A DNA stretch of 64,000 nt from an uncultured Acidobacteriaceae bacterium (GCA_963766975.1 CAVYCF010000012.1:32859-96858); one strand, 5' to 3'; shown: positions 28,701-39,257, counted from the stretch's first letter. The notes: generated by a model from the sequence alone, not told the origin. Numbers and translations are program-made.

Positions 28701-29310
28701 GAAGTCCGGCGGATCGATCGTGATCAACCAGACCGAGGCACTGGTCGCGATCGACATCAACACCGGCAAGTACGTGGGCAAGACGGCGCGGCTTGAGGAC
28801 ACGATTGTCAAAACCAATCTCGACGCGATCCCCGAGATTGTGCGCCAGATCCGGCTGCGCGACCTGGGCGGCATCATCATCATCGACTTCATCGATATGG
28901 ATGAGCGCAAGAACCGCAACCGTGTGATGGCCGCGCTTGAAGAAGAGCTGAAGAGCGACCGCGCGCCGTCGAAGGTGCTGCAGTTCAATGATTTCGGGCT
29001 GGTGGCGATTACGCGCAAGCGCGTCAAGCAGTCGCTGGAGCGAACCCTTTCCACCACCTGCAACGTCTGCACCGGCACCGGCATGGTGAAATCGCCAGTC
29101 ACGGTGTGCAACGACATCTATGTCGAGATGCGCAAGATGCACAAGCATCTGGAACGCGGCGACGTGATGCTGCGCGTGCATCCAGAGGTGGTGAAGCAGT
29201 TGAAGAGCTCCGGCTCGAAGTGGCTGCAGGAGATGGAAGAGATGGCGGGCAAGACCATCCTGGTGAAGAGCGATCCCAGCCTGCATCCGGAGCAGTTTGA
29301 CATCCACTGA
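25747..29310 (+). CDS. rne: Rne/Rng family ribonuclease with a ~700-aa disordered insert within S1
   Basis: GSIYNGRVTRVLPGMQSSFVDIGLERDAFL, then the insert, then GQEILVQIAKEPIAKKGARIT, IDINTG, DLGGIIIIDFIDM and CNVCTGTG. Confidence 0.95.
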   Translation: MSKEIYISSTPHETRLAIVENEALAEIYYERENEYTLAGSIYNGRVTRVLPGMQSSFVDIGLERDAFLYITDFLEEAPDSEEFDTAPAADRAKNADGRDRGDQGARGDRAGRGRRGGRDRNRNGGDRAVGQGHAAPEGGSSEASHDEAADAEFAPVEGGSANVEGQPNGGEGTAEGGRKWRGRRGRRRGRGNRTGQEGTGQPQEGGTQAAPEAAGEAEGDFGPVSENVESDSAEFNASAEPSFEEMARPDFQAGNREPRGGREGRRDRNRGRSDEGRSHTDAGQQGRGDEPRREGFREQGRESHSGQDSGRRSPRGFEPRRERYGAGDGPSSSGSGTGPVGGAYDAPPAGDAILVLPGESLARHRKGEEPGESTPGANASSAATSNATPLAPPATLYTLAEGWDGGAVLPGETIRPRGPQSRGAEPRSFDRGAGFDSGRGPRGDRDGGRNRRGNRDERPRSGERSPRADEYAAVHTPAVPEAEAAPKTEPPMDDFAGVQAATPHVETEYEPTEASASYRVDPVPPSEFRQSAPVIEEEEMEESEAAHDVTSISAAGEMHSASAEALPAQPAHQAELEAAAQTEPVRHEGAIVSQFQEEEAAAAPTLHASSIEEMDDLDEETLEGAADLGTMLREMSIDQITRSQPDVDEDEEDDDDFEEDLLEEDELDEEDEEDDETEGFEHAEGETAPETELSDAFEREESSEDSFEVIEGGADFAEGEQAQAEGHADSSSPNRNSERRPRDVGRDSERRRGRRDGRRGDRDRDRDRGRGRPGHGGRSRASAQTTNLPAISDLLKPGQEILVQIAKEPIAKKGARITSHIALPGRFLVFMPTVNHTGVSRKIESDGERRRLKEILLSEKGDASGGFIVRTAADGASEEELRSDLRFLLNLWSDIKARSEGSKSPALIYHDLNLVERVLRDQVTDNFSAIWVDTESEYERVLRFLQRFQPSLIRRVKLYLKETPLFEQFGITEEINKALRSKVWLKSGGSIVINQTEALVAIDINTGKYVGKTARLEDTIVKTNLDAIPEIVRQIRLRDLGGIIIIDFIDMDERKNRNRVMAALEEELKSDRAPSKVLQFNDFGLVAITRKRVKQSLERTLSTTCNVCTGTGMVKSPVTVCNDIYVEMRKMHKHLERGDVMLRVHPEVVKQLKSSGSKWLQEMEEMAGKTILVKSDPSLHPEQFDIH

Positions 29311-29544
29311 TGTGGGGGCTGGTAGCCGTCATCAAATCCCCGGACGGGGGCGTTCAGGGCCGGTTACCGGCCAGAGACCGGGCAATGATCTGCCGGGGGA
29401 GTGATCCAATTGCCGGGCTTCTGCGTCTTATTGAAGAACAATGGTTTTGCCGAACCGGAGGGTATGGCCAAGCCGCAACAAACCCGGCTAGTACGGGTTA
29501 GGAAGACCATTCCAGCACGTCTGCAACTTTCAGGAGCCGTCGAA

Positions 29545-30573
29545 ATGTCCATTCACAACAGTTTTCTTGGTCTTGCCTGCCGCGCCGCGGCCTTCAGCCT
29601 TGTTCTTGCCGGAACGGCCTCAGTGATGCAGGCCCAGTCGGCCTCCCCGGCAGCTGCCAGCCTAGAGCGGCCGTTATTTGTCGCATCCGCATACGCGAAC
29701 CCTTTCGCCGCGGACCTGGCTGCGAGCAGTTCTTCCTCGTCTTCCTCAGCGGATGTTGATGCACTGCCGGACAGCGTTGGGGTGAGCCATTTCGACCTGA
29801 GCGCGACGCAGCCGCCGCCGCGCCGCAGCTACGGACGGCCGAACTACTCTGACAAGAACACGAATGCGGACGGTTCGCCGCGATGGACGTTTCTTGCGGG
29901 CGGCGGGTTTGGTATGCCGGTTGGAGACACACACTATTACGAAAGCACCGGGTGGGGGTTCCAGGCTGGCGGCGGTCGCAACTTCTCGAAGGTGCTGGCT
30001 GTAGTGCTGCAGTTTGACTACGACCACTTCGGCCTGCAGCAGGCGACCGTGAACAATGAGGGTTACATCTACAACTACTGCACGATAGCGGAGTATAACA
30101 GCGAGCTATGCTCGCCTGAGGGGCCCGCGCCAACCGGGACCGCGACCCCAGTTGGGGGCAACAATCACGTATGGTCTTTCACGCTGGATCCGACCTTCAG
30201 CCTGCCGACCGAGGGCAGCCTAGGGGCGTACTTTGTGGTTGGAGCGGGCTACTACCACAAGGTGACTAACTTCACTACTCCGACTGAAGAATGCAGTTAC
30301 TATTACGGGTGCGCGGACTACAACGCGAATTTCGACCACTACACCAGCAACGCCTTTGGCGCCAATGGCGGCCTTGGAGTTACCTGGAAGTTCTCCAAGT
30401 TCTCCAGCGAGATGCTGTACGGCGAGATCAGGTACGTCTTCATTGACAACCAGCCGCGCACCGGCGTCACTACCGCGAACGTCGCGACCTCGGCTTTGAA
30501 TGCATCTGACTTCTACCCTGCCAACAGCCATCGCACGACGTACTTTCCGGTGAAGTTCGGCATCCGGTTCTAG
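29545..30573 (+). CDS. Outer-membrane beta-barrel protein
   Basis: CAGGAG RBS before ATG 29545, signal peptide, GWGFQAGGGRNF and C-terminal PVKFGIRF. Confidence 0.8.
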   Translation: MSIHNSFLGLACRAAAFSLVLAGTASVMQAQSASPAAASLERPLFVASAYANPFAADLAASSSSSSSSADVDALPDSVGVSHFDLSATQPPPRRSYGRPNYSDKNTNADGSPRWTFLAGGGFGMPVGDTHYYESTGWGFQAGGGRNFSKVLAVVLQFDYDHFGLQQATVNNEGYIYNYCTIAEYNSELCSPEGPAPTGTATPVGGNNHVWSFTLDPTFSLPTEGSLGAYFVVGAGYYHKVTNFTTPTEECSYYYGCADYNANFDHYTSNAFGANGGLGVTWKFSKFSSEMLYGEIRYVFIDNQPRTGVTTANVATSALNASDFYPANSHRTTYFPVKFGIRF

Positions 30574-30595
30574 CGGAACTGAACAGCCTTGAGAT

Positions 30596-30630
30596 GAGAA
30601 AAAGCCCGGCATTGCGCCGGGCTTTTTCTC
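30596..30630. terminator. Bidirectional intrinsic terminator
   Basis: Perfect 15-bp stem gagaaaaagcccggc-attgc-gccgggctttttctc. Confidence 0.9.
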
Positions 30631-30678
30631 TGCTTGGCGTCGAACCGTTGTCACGGGCCACGCTGTGCGGGGTGCGAT

Positions 30679-32843
30679 CTAAGACCGCATCACTCCACCT
30701 AACGCAGTGAGCGCTTCGACGATCCTGGCCGACCAGGCCGCCAGGTCCTCATCGCGCAGCGTGTGCTCGGTGGATTGAAAGACGCAGCGCATCAAGAGCG
30801 CGTAGTGGTCTTTCGGGACGGTCGCGGCTTTGGCGTCACGGAAGACCTCGATGGGGGTGAGGCGCGCGAGCTCTGGGATGGGCATAGACTCGATGGCGCG
30901 GGCGACCCTGCGCCATTGCATCGCGTCCGGGAACGTAAAGGAGAAGTCGCGCTCGACCGCCTGATAGCGCGAGAGCTCCCGCGCGGTGGCGCGCCGAAGC
31001 GGCAATGCGTAGAGCGCATCGAGATCGACTTCGGCCACACAGACGGGCTGGCGAAGCTTGCGCGACTCGCGTTCCCCGGCAGCCAGTTCGCCGAACCATG
31101 CGACCGGCTTGCTGCCTAACGTCACGGTCGCGCCGCGGCCGGGCTCGATCCAAGCTGGCGTCTCGGTGGAGAAGACTGTATTCTCTGCGGCGCTCACGTT
31201 GAGCGCCTCGGTCGAGACGGCGAAGAGGCCGAGCAACGATTCGACCAGGCCCCTGAGCTCGTAGATGCCGGCGTCCTTTGCGGGGTAGAGGCGCGATGCA
31301 GGGAGGTCGCCCGTGAGTCCGATGGCCAGGCTCTCGGTTTCGGCCACTTGTTGCTGCGTGCCGCCGAAGACCGCGCCTTGTTCGAACAGCCGCGCCTCGC
31401 GCACGTCGCGGTTCAGGTTGTGCGCCAGCATGGTGAGCATACCGGGGACAAGCGACGGGCGGAGCAGGCGTGCCTCTTCGCTGAGCGGATTTTCGAGCGC
31501 GATCTGACCGCGACTCCCGGCGAAAGATAGCGCCGTCGGCCTCGGAGGCGAAGCTGGAGGAGATGGCCTCGGAGTAGCCTAGCGCCAGAAGGCGCGCGCG
31601 CACGGCCGCTTCTGTTGCGGCGCGCGGATGCGCGATAACGGGGAGCGGCGTGGGCAGGGTGTTGGCGAAGCGGTTGTAGCCGTAGACGCGCGCAATCTCT
31701 TCGATGAGATCGATCTCGCGCTCGAGGTCGAGACGCCAGCTGGGCAGCTTAACGAAGAACTCTTCAGGAGTTCGGTCGGCAAGTGTGCAGCCCAGGGCGA
31801 CGAGCGTCCCCTCGACTAACCGGGCGTTGATACCCTCGCCCGCATCGATAACCGCATTGCGAACCAACTGCGGAACGCGAAACCGCGTGTCGAGCTCATC
31901 CAGTGTCGTTCCCAGCATTCGTTTTACTTCGCGCACCGAGACAGTGATTGCCGGGCGGTTGGCGGTTCTGCGCTGCGATCTCGGGGACGATGACATCGAC
32001 CAGCTCGCCTTCAATCGCACCGCCGCCGGATTCGAGAATGAGCCTGGCGACGAGCGCGTTGGCGACGGGACAGACATTGAAGTCCGCGCCGCGCTCGAAG
32101 CGATGCGAGGCGTCGGTGTGCAGGCCGTGGCGGCGCGAGCTGCGGCGCACGCTCGCCGGATCGAACCATGCGGATTCGATGAGGATGTTTTTCGTTTCGG
32201 AGGTGATCATCGAATCCCAGCCGCCCATGACACCGGCGAGGCCGAGAGCTTTAGCATGGTCGGCGACGACGAGATCGTCGGCTTCCAGCGTGCGTTCGGT
32301 GCCGTCGAGCAGCTTCAGCTTTTCGCCCTTGCGCGCGAGACGGACGATAATCCCACCGTCAATTTTGTCCAGGTCAAAGGCATGCGTGGGATGGCCCATG
32401 CCCTGCAGGACGAAGTTCGAGGCGTCGACGGCGTTCGAGATCGCTTTGGAGCCGAGGAGAGAAAAGTATTCGGCGACGAGACCGGAAGATGGAGCGATCG
32501 TCACGCCGCGCAGTACACGCGCGGTGAAGCGGCCGCACAGATCAGGCGCGGCGATTTCGACAGAGAATGGCTTGGCGGCTGCTGCGGCCGCAGGCAGCGC
32601 GGTATCGAGAGGGTTCAACTGCAGCCCGTAGATCGCTGCGGCCTCGCGTGCAATACCGTAGTGGTTCATCGCGTCCACGCGGTTGGTGGTGATGTCCATC
32701 TCGAAGAGATGGCCTTTGCCCTCTCCCAGCGAATGCACGCCTTCGACGGCGATGCCGCGCAGGGTCAGGTCATCGGCCAGCTGGCGGTCAGAGACGGCGA
32801 GCCCGGGCAGATAGCCGCGCAGCCATTGGGTGAGTATGTTCAC
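30679..32843 (-). CDS. pheT: Phenylalanyl-tRNA synthetase beta subunit, frameshifts at ~31966 and ~31525; lacks the B2 OB-fold
   Basis: DITTNRVDAM, TDASHRFERGAD, PSWRLDLEREIDLIEEIARVYGY, LENPLSEE...LRPSL and SRYQAVERDFSF (FDX-ACB domain). Confidence 0.95.
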
Positions 32844-33943
32844 GCGAACTGCTCCAGGAAGCGCATATCGCCGGAGTAGAAGAGGCCGATCTCGGAGACT
32901 CCGTGCAGCACCATGGCGATGCGCTCGACGCCCATGCCGAAGGCGAAGCCGCTGATCCTGCGCGAGTCGTACGCCGGCTCTTTGCCCTGCGCGACGCGGA
33001 GTTCATCGACGCTGGCGAAGACAGCGGGATCGACCATGCCGCACCCCAGCAGCTCGATCCAGCCGGAGTGCTTGCACTTGCGGCAGCCCTTGCCGCCGCA
33101 GAAGATGCAGCTGATCTGCACGTCGGCGCTGGGCTCGGTGAAGGGAAAGAAGCTGGGGAAGAAGCGCGTCTTTACGTCCGACCCGAAGAGCGCCTTCATC
33201 GCGTGGTCGAGCGTGCCCTTGAGGTCAGAGAAGGTGATGTTGGTGTCCACACAGAGGCCTTCGACCTGATGGAAGACCGGCGAGTGGGTTGCATCGGCGG
33301 CGTCATTGCGATGGACCTTGCCGGGGACTACGATGCGCAGCGGCGGCGCCTGGGCGGCCATGGTGCGAATCTGTACCGGCGAGGTGTGGGTGCGCATCAG
33401 TAAACGGTCGCGCAGCGGGCGGGACTCTTGCTGCGCGATGAGCAGCGTGTCCTGGGTATCGCGCGCGGGATGGTTGGGCGGGAAGTTGAGCGCCTCGAAG
33501 TTGTGGAAGTCCGTCTCCACCTGCGGACCGAGCGCGGTGGAGTAGCCGAGGTGATGGAAGACGCGCACCACCTCATGCATGGTCCTGATCAGGGGATGCT
33601 CGACCCCGGGAGTGTGGATCGCGCCCGGCAGCGTAATGTCGATGCCTGTTGCTGCGCTGCGCGCGGCTGTTGCAGACGCTGACTCCAGCGCGGATTCGAT
33701 CTCCTGCTTCAGCTGGTTGAAGCGCATCCCCAGCGGCCTGCGCGCCTCGGCGGGAGCGGACTTGAGCCAAACATCGCTGACCAGTTTGAGGCGCCCCTGC
33801 TTGCGGCCGAGCCAGCGCAGGCGAAAGGCTTCGGCGTCGACGCCGGCAGCGGTCTCCGCGCGCACCTCATTGCGTAGCGTCGCGAACGCAGCATCGAGTG
33901 AAGGCTCGTCATAGCTTTTGAGTTGGGGGATCTCTTCGTTCAT
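32840..33943 (-). CDS. pheS: Phenylalanyl-tRNA synthetase alpha subunit
   Basis: NFEALNFPPNHPARDTQDT, MRTHTSPVQIR, FFPFTEPS and GFAFGMGVER. Start taken at MNEEIP. Confidence 0.97.
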   Translation of the reverse strand: MNEEIPQLKSYDEPSLDAAFATLRNEVRAETAAGVDAEAFRLRWLGRKQGRLKLVSDVWLKSAPAEARRPLGMRFNQLKQEIESALESASATAARSAATGIDITLPGAIHTPGVEHPLIRTMHEVVRVFHHLGYSTALGPQVETDFHNFEALNFPPNHPARDTQDTLLIAQQESRPLRDRLLMRTHTSPVQIRTMAAQAPPLRIVVPGKVHRNDAADATHSPVFHQVEGLCVDTNITFSDLKGTLDHAMKALFGSDVKTRFFPSFFPFTEPSADVQISCIFCGGKGCRKCKHSGWIELLGCGMVDPAVFASVDELRVAQGKEPAYDSRRISGFAFGMGVERIAMVLHGVSEIGLFYSGDMRFLEQFA

Positions 33944-34022
33944 GCAGACTTCAGCAGCCGGTATGCCGACCGGCATGTCCATCTCTATCCTATTGAGGCA
34001 CTGCGACCAGTGTATCGCGGCA

Positions 34023-35561
34023 TTAGATCGTGGCCGAGACCATGATGGCGACCACGAGCACGCCCAGCAACAGGCTGCGGCGGTCGGTGATGGCGTAGAC
34101 GACGGGGTCTTCGTGGAGATCGCCGCGTGAGGCCAGCAGCCACAGGCGGAAGAGCCAGAGCAGCAGCACAGGCACCAGCAGCCAGAGGCGTGCATAGTGC
34201 GGGTAAAGCTGCCGAGCGGCCTCATTCAGCCCGATGTAGAGGGCAAAGATGACCACGGAGGCACAACCGCTGGCGGTGCCGAAGCTGCGCACCTGCTCCA
34301 GGTCCGAGACACGATAGCCGCGGCCCTTTACCTCGACCGCGGCAGGCGCTTCGGCGCCATCGAGCATCGCTTCGAGTTCGGAGAAGCGTTTGACGAAGGC
34401 CAGCGAGAGGAAGAAGAAGACGCTGAATGCGGCCAGCCAGGGCGAGATGGGCACGGCGGCAGCCGCTGAACCTGCCAGCAGCCGGATGGTGTACAGGCCG
34501 GAGAGGACGATGACGTCGACGAGCGCCATGCGCTTGAGGCGCAGCGAATAGGCCATTGTGATGAACACGTACATGGCCAGCCATTCGAGGAATGGTCCCG
34601 GACCCTGGGTGGGGAACTGCGGCGAGAGTGCGGCCAGCACACGCGGCAGAGCGATGGCCAGCGTGAGGGATGCGGCGAAGAAGAGCGCGGCGGCCAGCAC
34701 GCCCGCGATAGGCGAGAGGTCTCCGGCGGCGAATGGCCGGCGACGCTTGCGGGCGTGGTGGCGGTCGGCTTCGAGGTCCAGCAGGTCATTGATGATGTAG
34801 GTGGCGGACGCGGCGAAGCCGAAACTGAGGAAAGCGAGGAACGTTGCGGCCACCGGTCCGGCTGAGCGCACATGGGCGAGCAGCAGCGGCAGAAAAATGA
34901 GTGTGTTCTTGGCCCACTGGTGCAGCCGGATGGCCTTGATCCAGGCCTTTGCCGGGGAGACCGAATCGGCGAAGGTGCGGGCGGGTGTGACGCGAGCGGA
35001 CTCGAGACTGGCGCTGAGAGATCGATGCGGGTTGGCTACCATCGGCAGCACGCAGGCGGTGAGCAAGGGCATGTCCGGCCGCGAGTTGCCGATGTAGCAG
35101 AAGCCCCGGGGGAAGCGCTGCTCAAAGGCAGCGAGCTTGTTCTTCCCGGTGAGGTTGACCTCGCCGTTGGAGGCCAGCACACCGGCGAAGAGGCGCAGAT
35201 GTGCGGCTACGCGCTCGGCCAGCAGCGTGTCCGCGCCAGTGGCCAGCCAGATCTCGCGGCCCGTGGAGTGCTCCTCGCGGAGATATTCCAGCAGCGGCTG
35301 GTTGTAAGGCAGCCGCTCCACGTCGATCTCCGCCAGCAAAGTGACTTTATGCTTGAACGCCGCCCTGCCCTGCGCGATCCAGCCGGGAAACTTCAGCACC
35401 ATCAGGGGGGCCTGACGCGTGAGCACGAGGACGGTGTCCACCAGGGTGTCGGATTTGACCAACGTGCCGTCGAGATCCACGCACAGAGGCAAGGATGAGG
35501 CGGCAGCCTGCGCCGCTTCCGCCACTGCGGCGGTGTCCTGAGACTGGGACTCGATGGTCAA
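34023..35561 (-). CDS. HAD-like + UbiA prenyltransferase (decaprenyl-phosphate phosphoribosyltransferase-like)
   Basis: CVDLDGTL HAD motif; AIRLHQWAKN, YIINDLLDLEADR.H..KR.RPFAAG and HEDPVVYA. Confidence 0.9.
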   Translation of the reverse strand: MTIESQSQDTAAVAEAAQAAASSLPLCVDLDGTLVKSDTLVDTVLVLTRQAPLMVLKFPGWIAQGRAAFKHKVTLLAEIDVERLPYNQPLLEYLREEHSTGREIWLATGADTLLAERVAAHLRLFAGVLASNGEVNLTGKNKLAAFEQRFPRGFCYIGNSRPDMPLLTACVLPMVANPHRSLSASLESARVTPARTFADSVSPAKAWIKAIRLHQWAKNTLIFLPLLLAHVRSAGPVAATFLAFLSFGFAASATYIINDLLDLEADRHHARKRRRPFAAGDLSPIAGVLAAALFFAASLTLAIALPRVLAALSPQFPTQGPGPFLEWLAMYVFITMAYSLRLKRMALVDVIVLSGLYTIRLLAGSAAAAVPISPWLAAFSVFFFLSLAFVKRFSELEAMLDGAEAPAAVEVKGRGYRVSDLEQVRSFGTASGCASVVIFALYIGLNEAARQLYPHYARLWLLVPVLLLWLFRLWLLASRGDLHEDPVVYAITDRRSLLLGVLVVAIMVSATI

Positions 35562-35579
35562 CGCTTGGTCCTCCCTGGA

Positions 35580-35924
35580 TCAGCCCGGCGGCCAGTTCAT
35601 GTGGCGGCCGCCGAGGATGTGCACGTGCAAGTGGTCAACAGTCTGTCCGCCGTCTTCGCCGGTGTTGATGACCAGCCGATAGCCCTTGCCGAGCCCAGCC
35701 TCACGAGCGATGTGGGCGGACTTCGCGATCAGATGGCCCAGCAGCGGGTGGTGGGCCTCCTCGGCGTGCGCAGTGGAGGCGATGTGCTCTTTCGGGATGA
35801 TCAGCAGGTGGGTGGGCGCCTGCGGGTTGATGTCGGCGAAGGCGAGACTCAGCTCATCCTCGTAGACGCGCTCGGTGGGGATCGATCCCGCCACGATCCT
35901 GCAGAAGAGACAATCCGCGCCCAT
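35580..35924 (-). CDS. hinT: Histidine triad nucleotide-binding protein
   Basis: DCLFCRI, DINPQAPTH and GQTVDHLHVHILGGR. Confidence 0.95.
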   Translation of the reverse strand: MGADCLFCRIVAGSIPTERVYEDELSLAFADINPQAPTHLLIIPKEHIASTAHAEEAHHPLLGHLIAKSAHIAREAGLGKGYRLVINTGEDGGQTVDHLHVHILGGRHMNWPPG

Positions 35925-35980
35925 TGGCTTACTCCCACCTGCATTCTACGGTGCGGGGTTGCGTGATTTCATCCCGCGCA

Positions 35981-37309
35981 TCAGGGTCGGAAATACCTTG
36001 GTTGCTCACCCGCCAGCCATGGATCATATGCGCGCGCGAAGGCGGCCCTAAAACCGATGGTTGGATGCGTGTCGAACCACCACTCGAAGGCCGGATAGGG
36101 CGTCGGATCGTCGAGCGAATCGCTGCCCAGAACCTGGAAGGAACCTCGTCCCACGGCCTGCGGATCACCGACGATGCCGTGGACGGCTTCCTGACCGTAG
36201 ACGTCGGCGTCATGCTCCATGGCGCGGCTATAGGCGTTAGCCACGGGTTCGCCGAGAGTTGACAGGACGCTCAGGACGAGCGCGAGCACAACGATTCCGG
36301 TCCAGTCCGCGAGAGAGCTGACGCGCCAGGCGGTGCCGAAGCGTGCGATGAGCGTTCGCGTGACCAGATTGCCCAGCCAGAAGAACGGCAGCAGGCCCAG
36401 GCAGCTCAGCGCGGTGCCCAGCATGACGTGCCCCAGGGCGTAATGCCCCAACTCATGGGCGAAGATGAACGCGATCTCGTCGGGCGAGGAGCGTGCGATG
36501 GTTGTGTCCCAGACCACCACCCGCTTGGAGGCGCCGAAGCCGGTCACGTAGGCGTTCAGTTCGGTCGACTTTGCGCTGGCCTGCATGACAAACATACGTT
36601 GGGGAGGAATCGCGATGCCGCTGCGTGCGACGACCTTCTCCAACTGAACGACCAGTGCCGGGTCGGCCTGCTGCATGGGCGTAAAGCGATTGAAGATGGG
36701 ATCGACGACATACGGCGAGAAGAAGATTCCGGCCACAGTGAGGGCCATTGCGATGCCCCAGAACCCGATCCACCACCACTGGCCGGTGCGACGCAGGATC
36801 CACATGAGCGTCACGAGGACCAGCCCGCCGATGGCCCAGTCCAAGGCCAGTCCTTTGCTCCAGTCAGCGAACCAACTCGGCCACCCTTGTACGGAGAGGT
36901 GGTACTGAAGCGCCGTCCGGTGGCCCCAGATTGCCAAGGGGAGTTCGAGGATGCGCACGGCCGCGATCGCCAGCAGCGCAAATCCATATCCCTGCGACCA
37001 GAGGCTTTTCGTTCTGCGCGCAACCGCATCGCGCATCCACGTGGCTGCGCCTGTCACCAGAACGAGCAACAGCGCAGCGGGTGTCGAGAGTGCGCCGAGA
37101 ACCTCCATGCGCCGCTCGATTCGGCCCAGCGCTTCGGCGCGCGTGAGGCTTGTAGCGTCCAGTGTGTATGCGGTGGTGTCGGCCGCCGCGACTCGCTGGG
37201 CCTCTGCCTCGGCCGGCGTCGTCCGCGTAAGCTGCACCCAGGCCGATGCAAAGGTGGCGGCCAGACCAAGCGCCACAAGAACACCGGTTAGCATTTGACG
37301 CGCGCGCAT
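35981..37309 (-). CDS. M48 (Ste24-like) membrane metallopeptidase
   Basis: NAYVTGFGASKRVVVWDT, HELGHY, EHDAD and THP. Confidence 0.93.
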   Translation of the reverse strand: MRARQMLTGVLVALGLAATFASAWVQLTRTTPAEAEAQRVAAADTTAYTLDATSLTRAEALGRIERRMEVLGALSTPAALLLVLVTGAATWMRDAVARRTKSLWSQGYGFALLAIAAVRILELPLAIWGHRTALQYHLSVQGWPSWFADWSKGLALDWAIGGLVLVTLMWILRRTGQWWWIGFWGIAMALTVAGIFFSPYVVDPIFNRFTPMQQADPALVVQLEKVVARSGIAIPPQRMFVMQASAKSTELNAYVTGFGASKRVVVWDTTIARSSPDEIAFIFAHELGHYALGHVMLGTALSCLGLLPFFWLGNLVTRTLIARFGTAWRVSSLADWTGIVVLALVLSVLSTLGEPVANAYSRAMEHDADVYGQEAVHGIVGDPQAVGRGSFQVLGSDSLDDPTPYPAFEWWFDTHPTIGFRAAFARAYDPWLAGEQPRYFRP

Positions 37310-37463
37310 CCCCTCATCCTAAAGCGAACCCGCTTCGTCCAACCGAATGCAGGCTATATGTTCTGCCCTTCGCCTTGCAGCGTGCCAAGCAGTCCGCAGT
37401 GATAGCATGGCTCCCAGACTTCGTCCTCCATCCCGCTCGTCCTAACCGAAAAAGACCGCCCTC

Positions 37464-39257
37464 ATGCTGCCCAGCAAGCGCTGCCTCCTGACCCCAACGA
37501 AACTCCTCTCCACCGCCCTTGGTCTCGCCGCCCTTTTGGGCACGTACAAGTTTGCCGGGCCGCCGGCGGCCCTTGCCGCTTCGGCACCCGCGGCAACCGC
37601 GATGGCGAAGCCCACGGCTGCTGAGTCGGCGCTTTTCTCGATTCTGGACACCGAACTACGCCGCGCCATGTCCTCGCTGGGCAAGGCAGATGACCCCAGC
37701 CAGCCGCGGCCTTACTTTCTGAGCTATGCGGTCGATGACGCCAGCAGCGTGAGCATCCAGGCGCAGTACGGCGCCGTGATCAACTCGAACCAGGGCCATA
37801 GCCGCGGGGTCGATATCCAGGTGCGGCTGGGCAGCCCGGCGGAGGACAATACCCACGGCACGCAGCGGAACAGCGCCCTGACCAGCTTCGCGCTGCCAGT
37901 CACGGATGACCCTGACGCGATCTCGCGATCTCTGTGGTTCGCAACCAATCAGGGCTATGCCCGGGCGCTGGACGGCCTGCTGAAGGTGCGAACCGAGGAG
38001 CAGGTCCGGGCGAAGGAGGAGGACACATCTGCCGACTTCTCCACCGAGGCGCCGCAGGCCGGTATGCTGCAGCCGGCGCCGGCGCTGGCGGTCGACCGGG
38101 CGGCCTGGGAGCAGCGGGTGCGCGAGATTTCCGCAGCATTCCGGCAGTATCCGGACGTCTTTTCCGACGAGATCGAATTCCAGGCCAACAGCGAGACCGA
38201 CTACTTCGTCTCCTCCGAAGGCACGCGCACTGCGAACCCCGAACTGACGGCGCGGCTGGTGATCGTCGGGCGCACGCGCGCCGCGGATGGCATGGACCTC
38301 TTCCGCGACGAGACCTTTGAGGCGGACACGCCGGCGCATCTGCCGGACCAGAAAACTGTGCTTGCAAAGGTCGCCGAGTTGGGCAAGGGGCTCGAGGCTC
38401 TGCGCAGCGCGCCGATCACGGAGCCGTTCAACGGGCCGGCTATTCTTTCCGGCCGTGCCTCCGCGGTCTTCTTCCATGAGGTGCTTGGCCACCGCCTGGA
38501 GGGCCAGCGGCAGCGGGGCGACGACGAGGGCCAGACCTTCACCAAGTTCCTTGGTAAGCCGATCCTACCCAGCTTCCTCTCGGTTGCCGATGACCCTACG
38601 CTTGCCAGCTTTCATGGGACCGCACTGAGTGGTCACTACGACTTTGACGACGAGGGCCAGCCAGCGCGACGGGTCGACCTGATCCAGGATGGAGTGCTGA
38701 AGACGTTTCTGATGTCTCGCCTGCCTATCGCGAGTGTGTCGCAGTCCAATGGCCATGGGCGCGACGAGGCCGGCCATATGCCGACGGGCCGGCAGGGCAA
38801 CCTCATCGTGACCTCGTCCCATGCCGTTTCGGACTCCGAACTGCGCAGGATGCTGATCGACGAGGCAAAGAAGCAGGGCAAGGCGTACGGCCTCTTCTTT
38901 GAGGACATCTCCTCAGGTTTTGCGGTCACCACGCGCCGGTCGCCGCAGGCCTTCTCGGTCACGCCGCTGGTGGTCTACCGGGTTTACGTGGACGGCCGTC
39001 CCGACGAACTGGTGCGCGGCGTCTCCATGGTGGGCACGCCGCAGGCGGCGCTGAGCTCCATCCTCGCCACCGGGGACCGGCAGGAGATATTCAACGGCAT
39101 CTGCGGGGCTGAGTCGGGCTCGATTCCGGTGTCGGCGGTTGCGCCTGCGATGCTGGTGAGCCAGATTGAGACCCAGCGCGAGGCGCAGGGCACGTCGCGG
39201 CCGCCGATTCTTCCGCCGCCACCCGCTGAAACTGAAGCTGCGAAAGGAGCGAAATAG
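37464..39257 (+). CDS. tldD: TldD-like metallopeptidase with signal peptide
   Basis: HEVLGHRLEG (HExxxH), DDEGQPA...GVLKTFL, SNGHGR and a distal Cys (GICGAESG). Confidence 0.85.
   Translation: MLPSKRCLLTPTKLLSTALGLAALLGTYKFAGPPAALAASAPAATAMAKPTAAESALFSILDTELRRAMSSLGKADDPSQPRPYFLSYAVDDASSVSIQAQYGAVINSNQGHSRGVDIQVRLGSPAEDNTHGTQRNSALTSFALPVTDDPDAISRSLWFATNQGYARALDGLLKVRTEEQVRAKEEDTSADFSTEAPQAGMLQPAPALAVDRAAWEQRVREISAAFRQYPDVFSDEIEFQANSETDYFVSSEGTRTANPELTARLVIVGRTRAADGMDLFRDETFEADTPAHLPDQKTVLAKVAELGKGLEALRSAPITEPFNGPAILSGRASAVFFHEVLGHRLEGQRQRGDDEGQTFTKFLGKPILPSFLSVADDPTLASFHGTALSGHYDFDDEGQPARRVDLIQDGVLKTFLMSRLPIASVSQSNGHGRDEAGHMPTGRQGNLIVTSSHAVSDSELRRMLIDEAKKQGKAYGLFFEDISSGFAVTTRRSPQAFSVTPLVVYRVYVDGRPDELVRGVSMVGTPQAALSSILATGDRQEIFNGICGAESGSIPVSAVAPAMLVSQIETQREAQGTSRPPILPPPPAETEAAKGAK

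Noticed and set aside
34023-35561. UbiA protein as an archaeal-type ether-lipid (DGGGP) synthase partnering the Tes-like gene
   Set aside because: The HAD+UbiA architecture and the HQWAKN/HEDP motifs fit the decaprenyl-phosphate phosphoribosyltransferase group. It is 14 kb away and sits in the pheST run.
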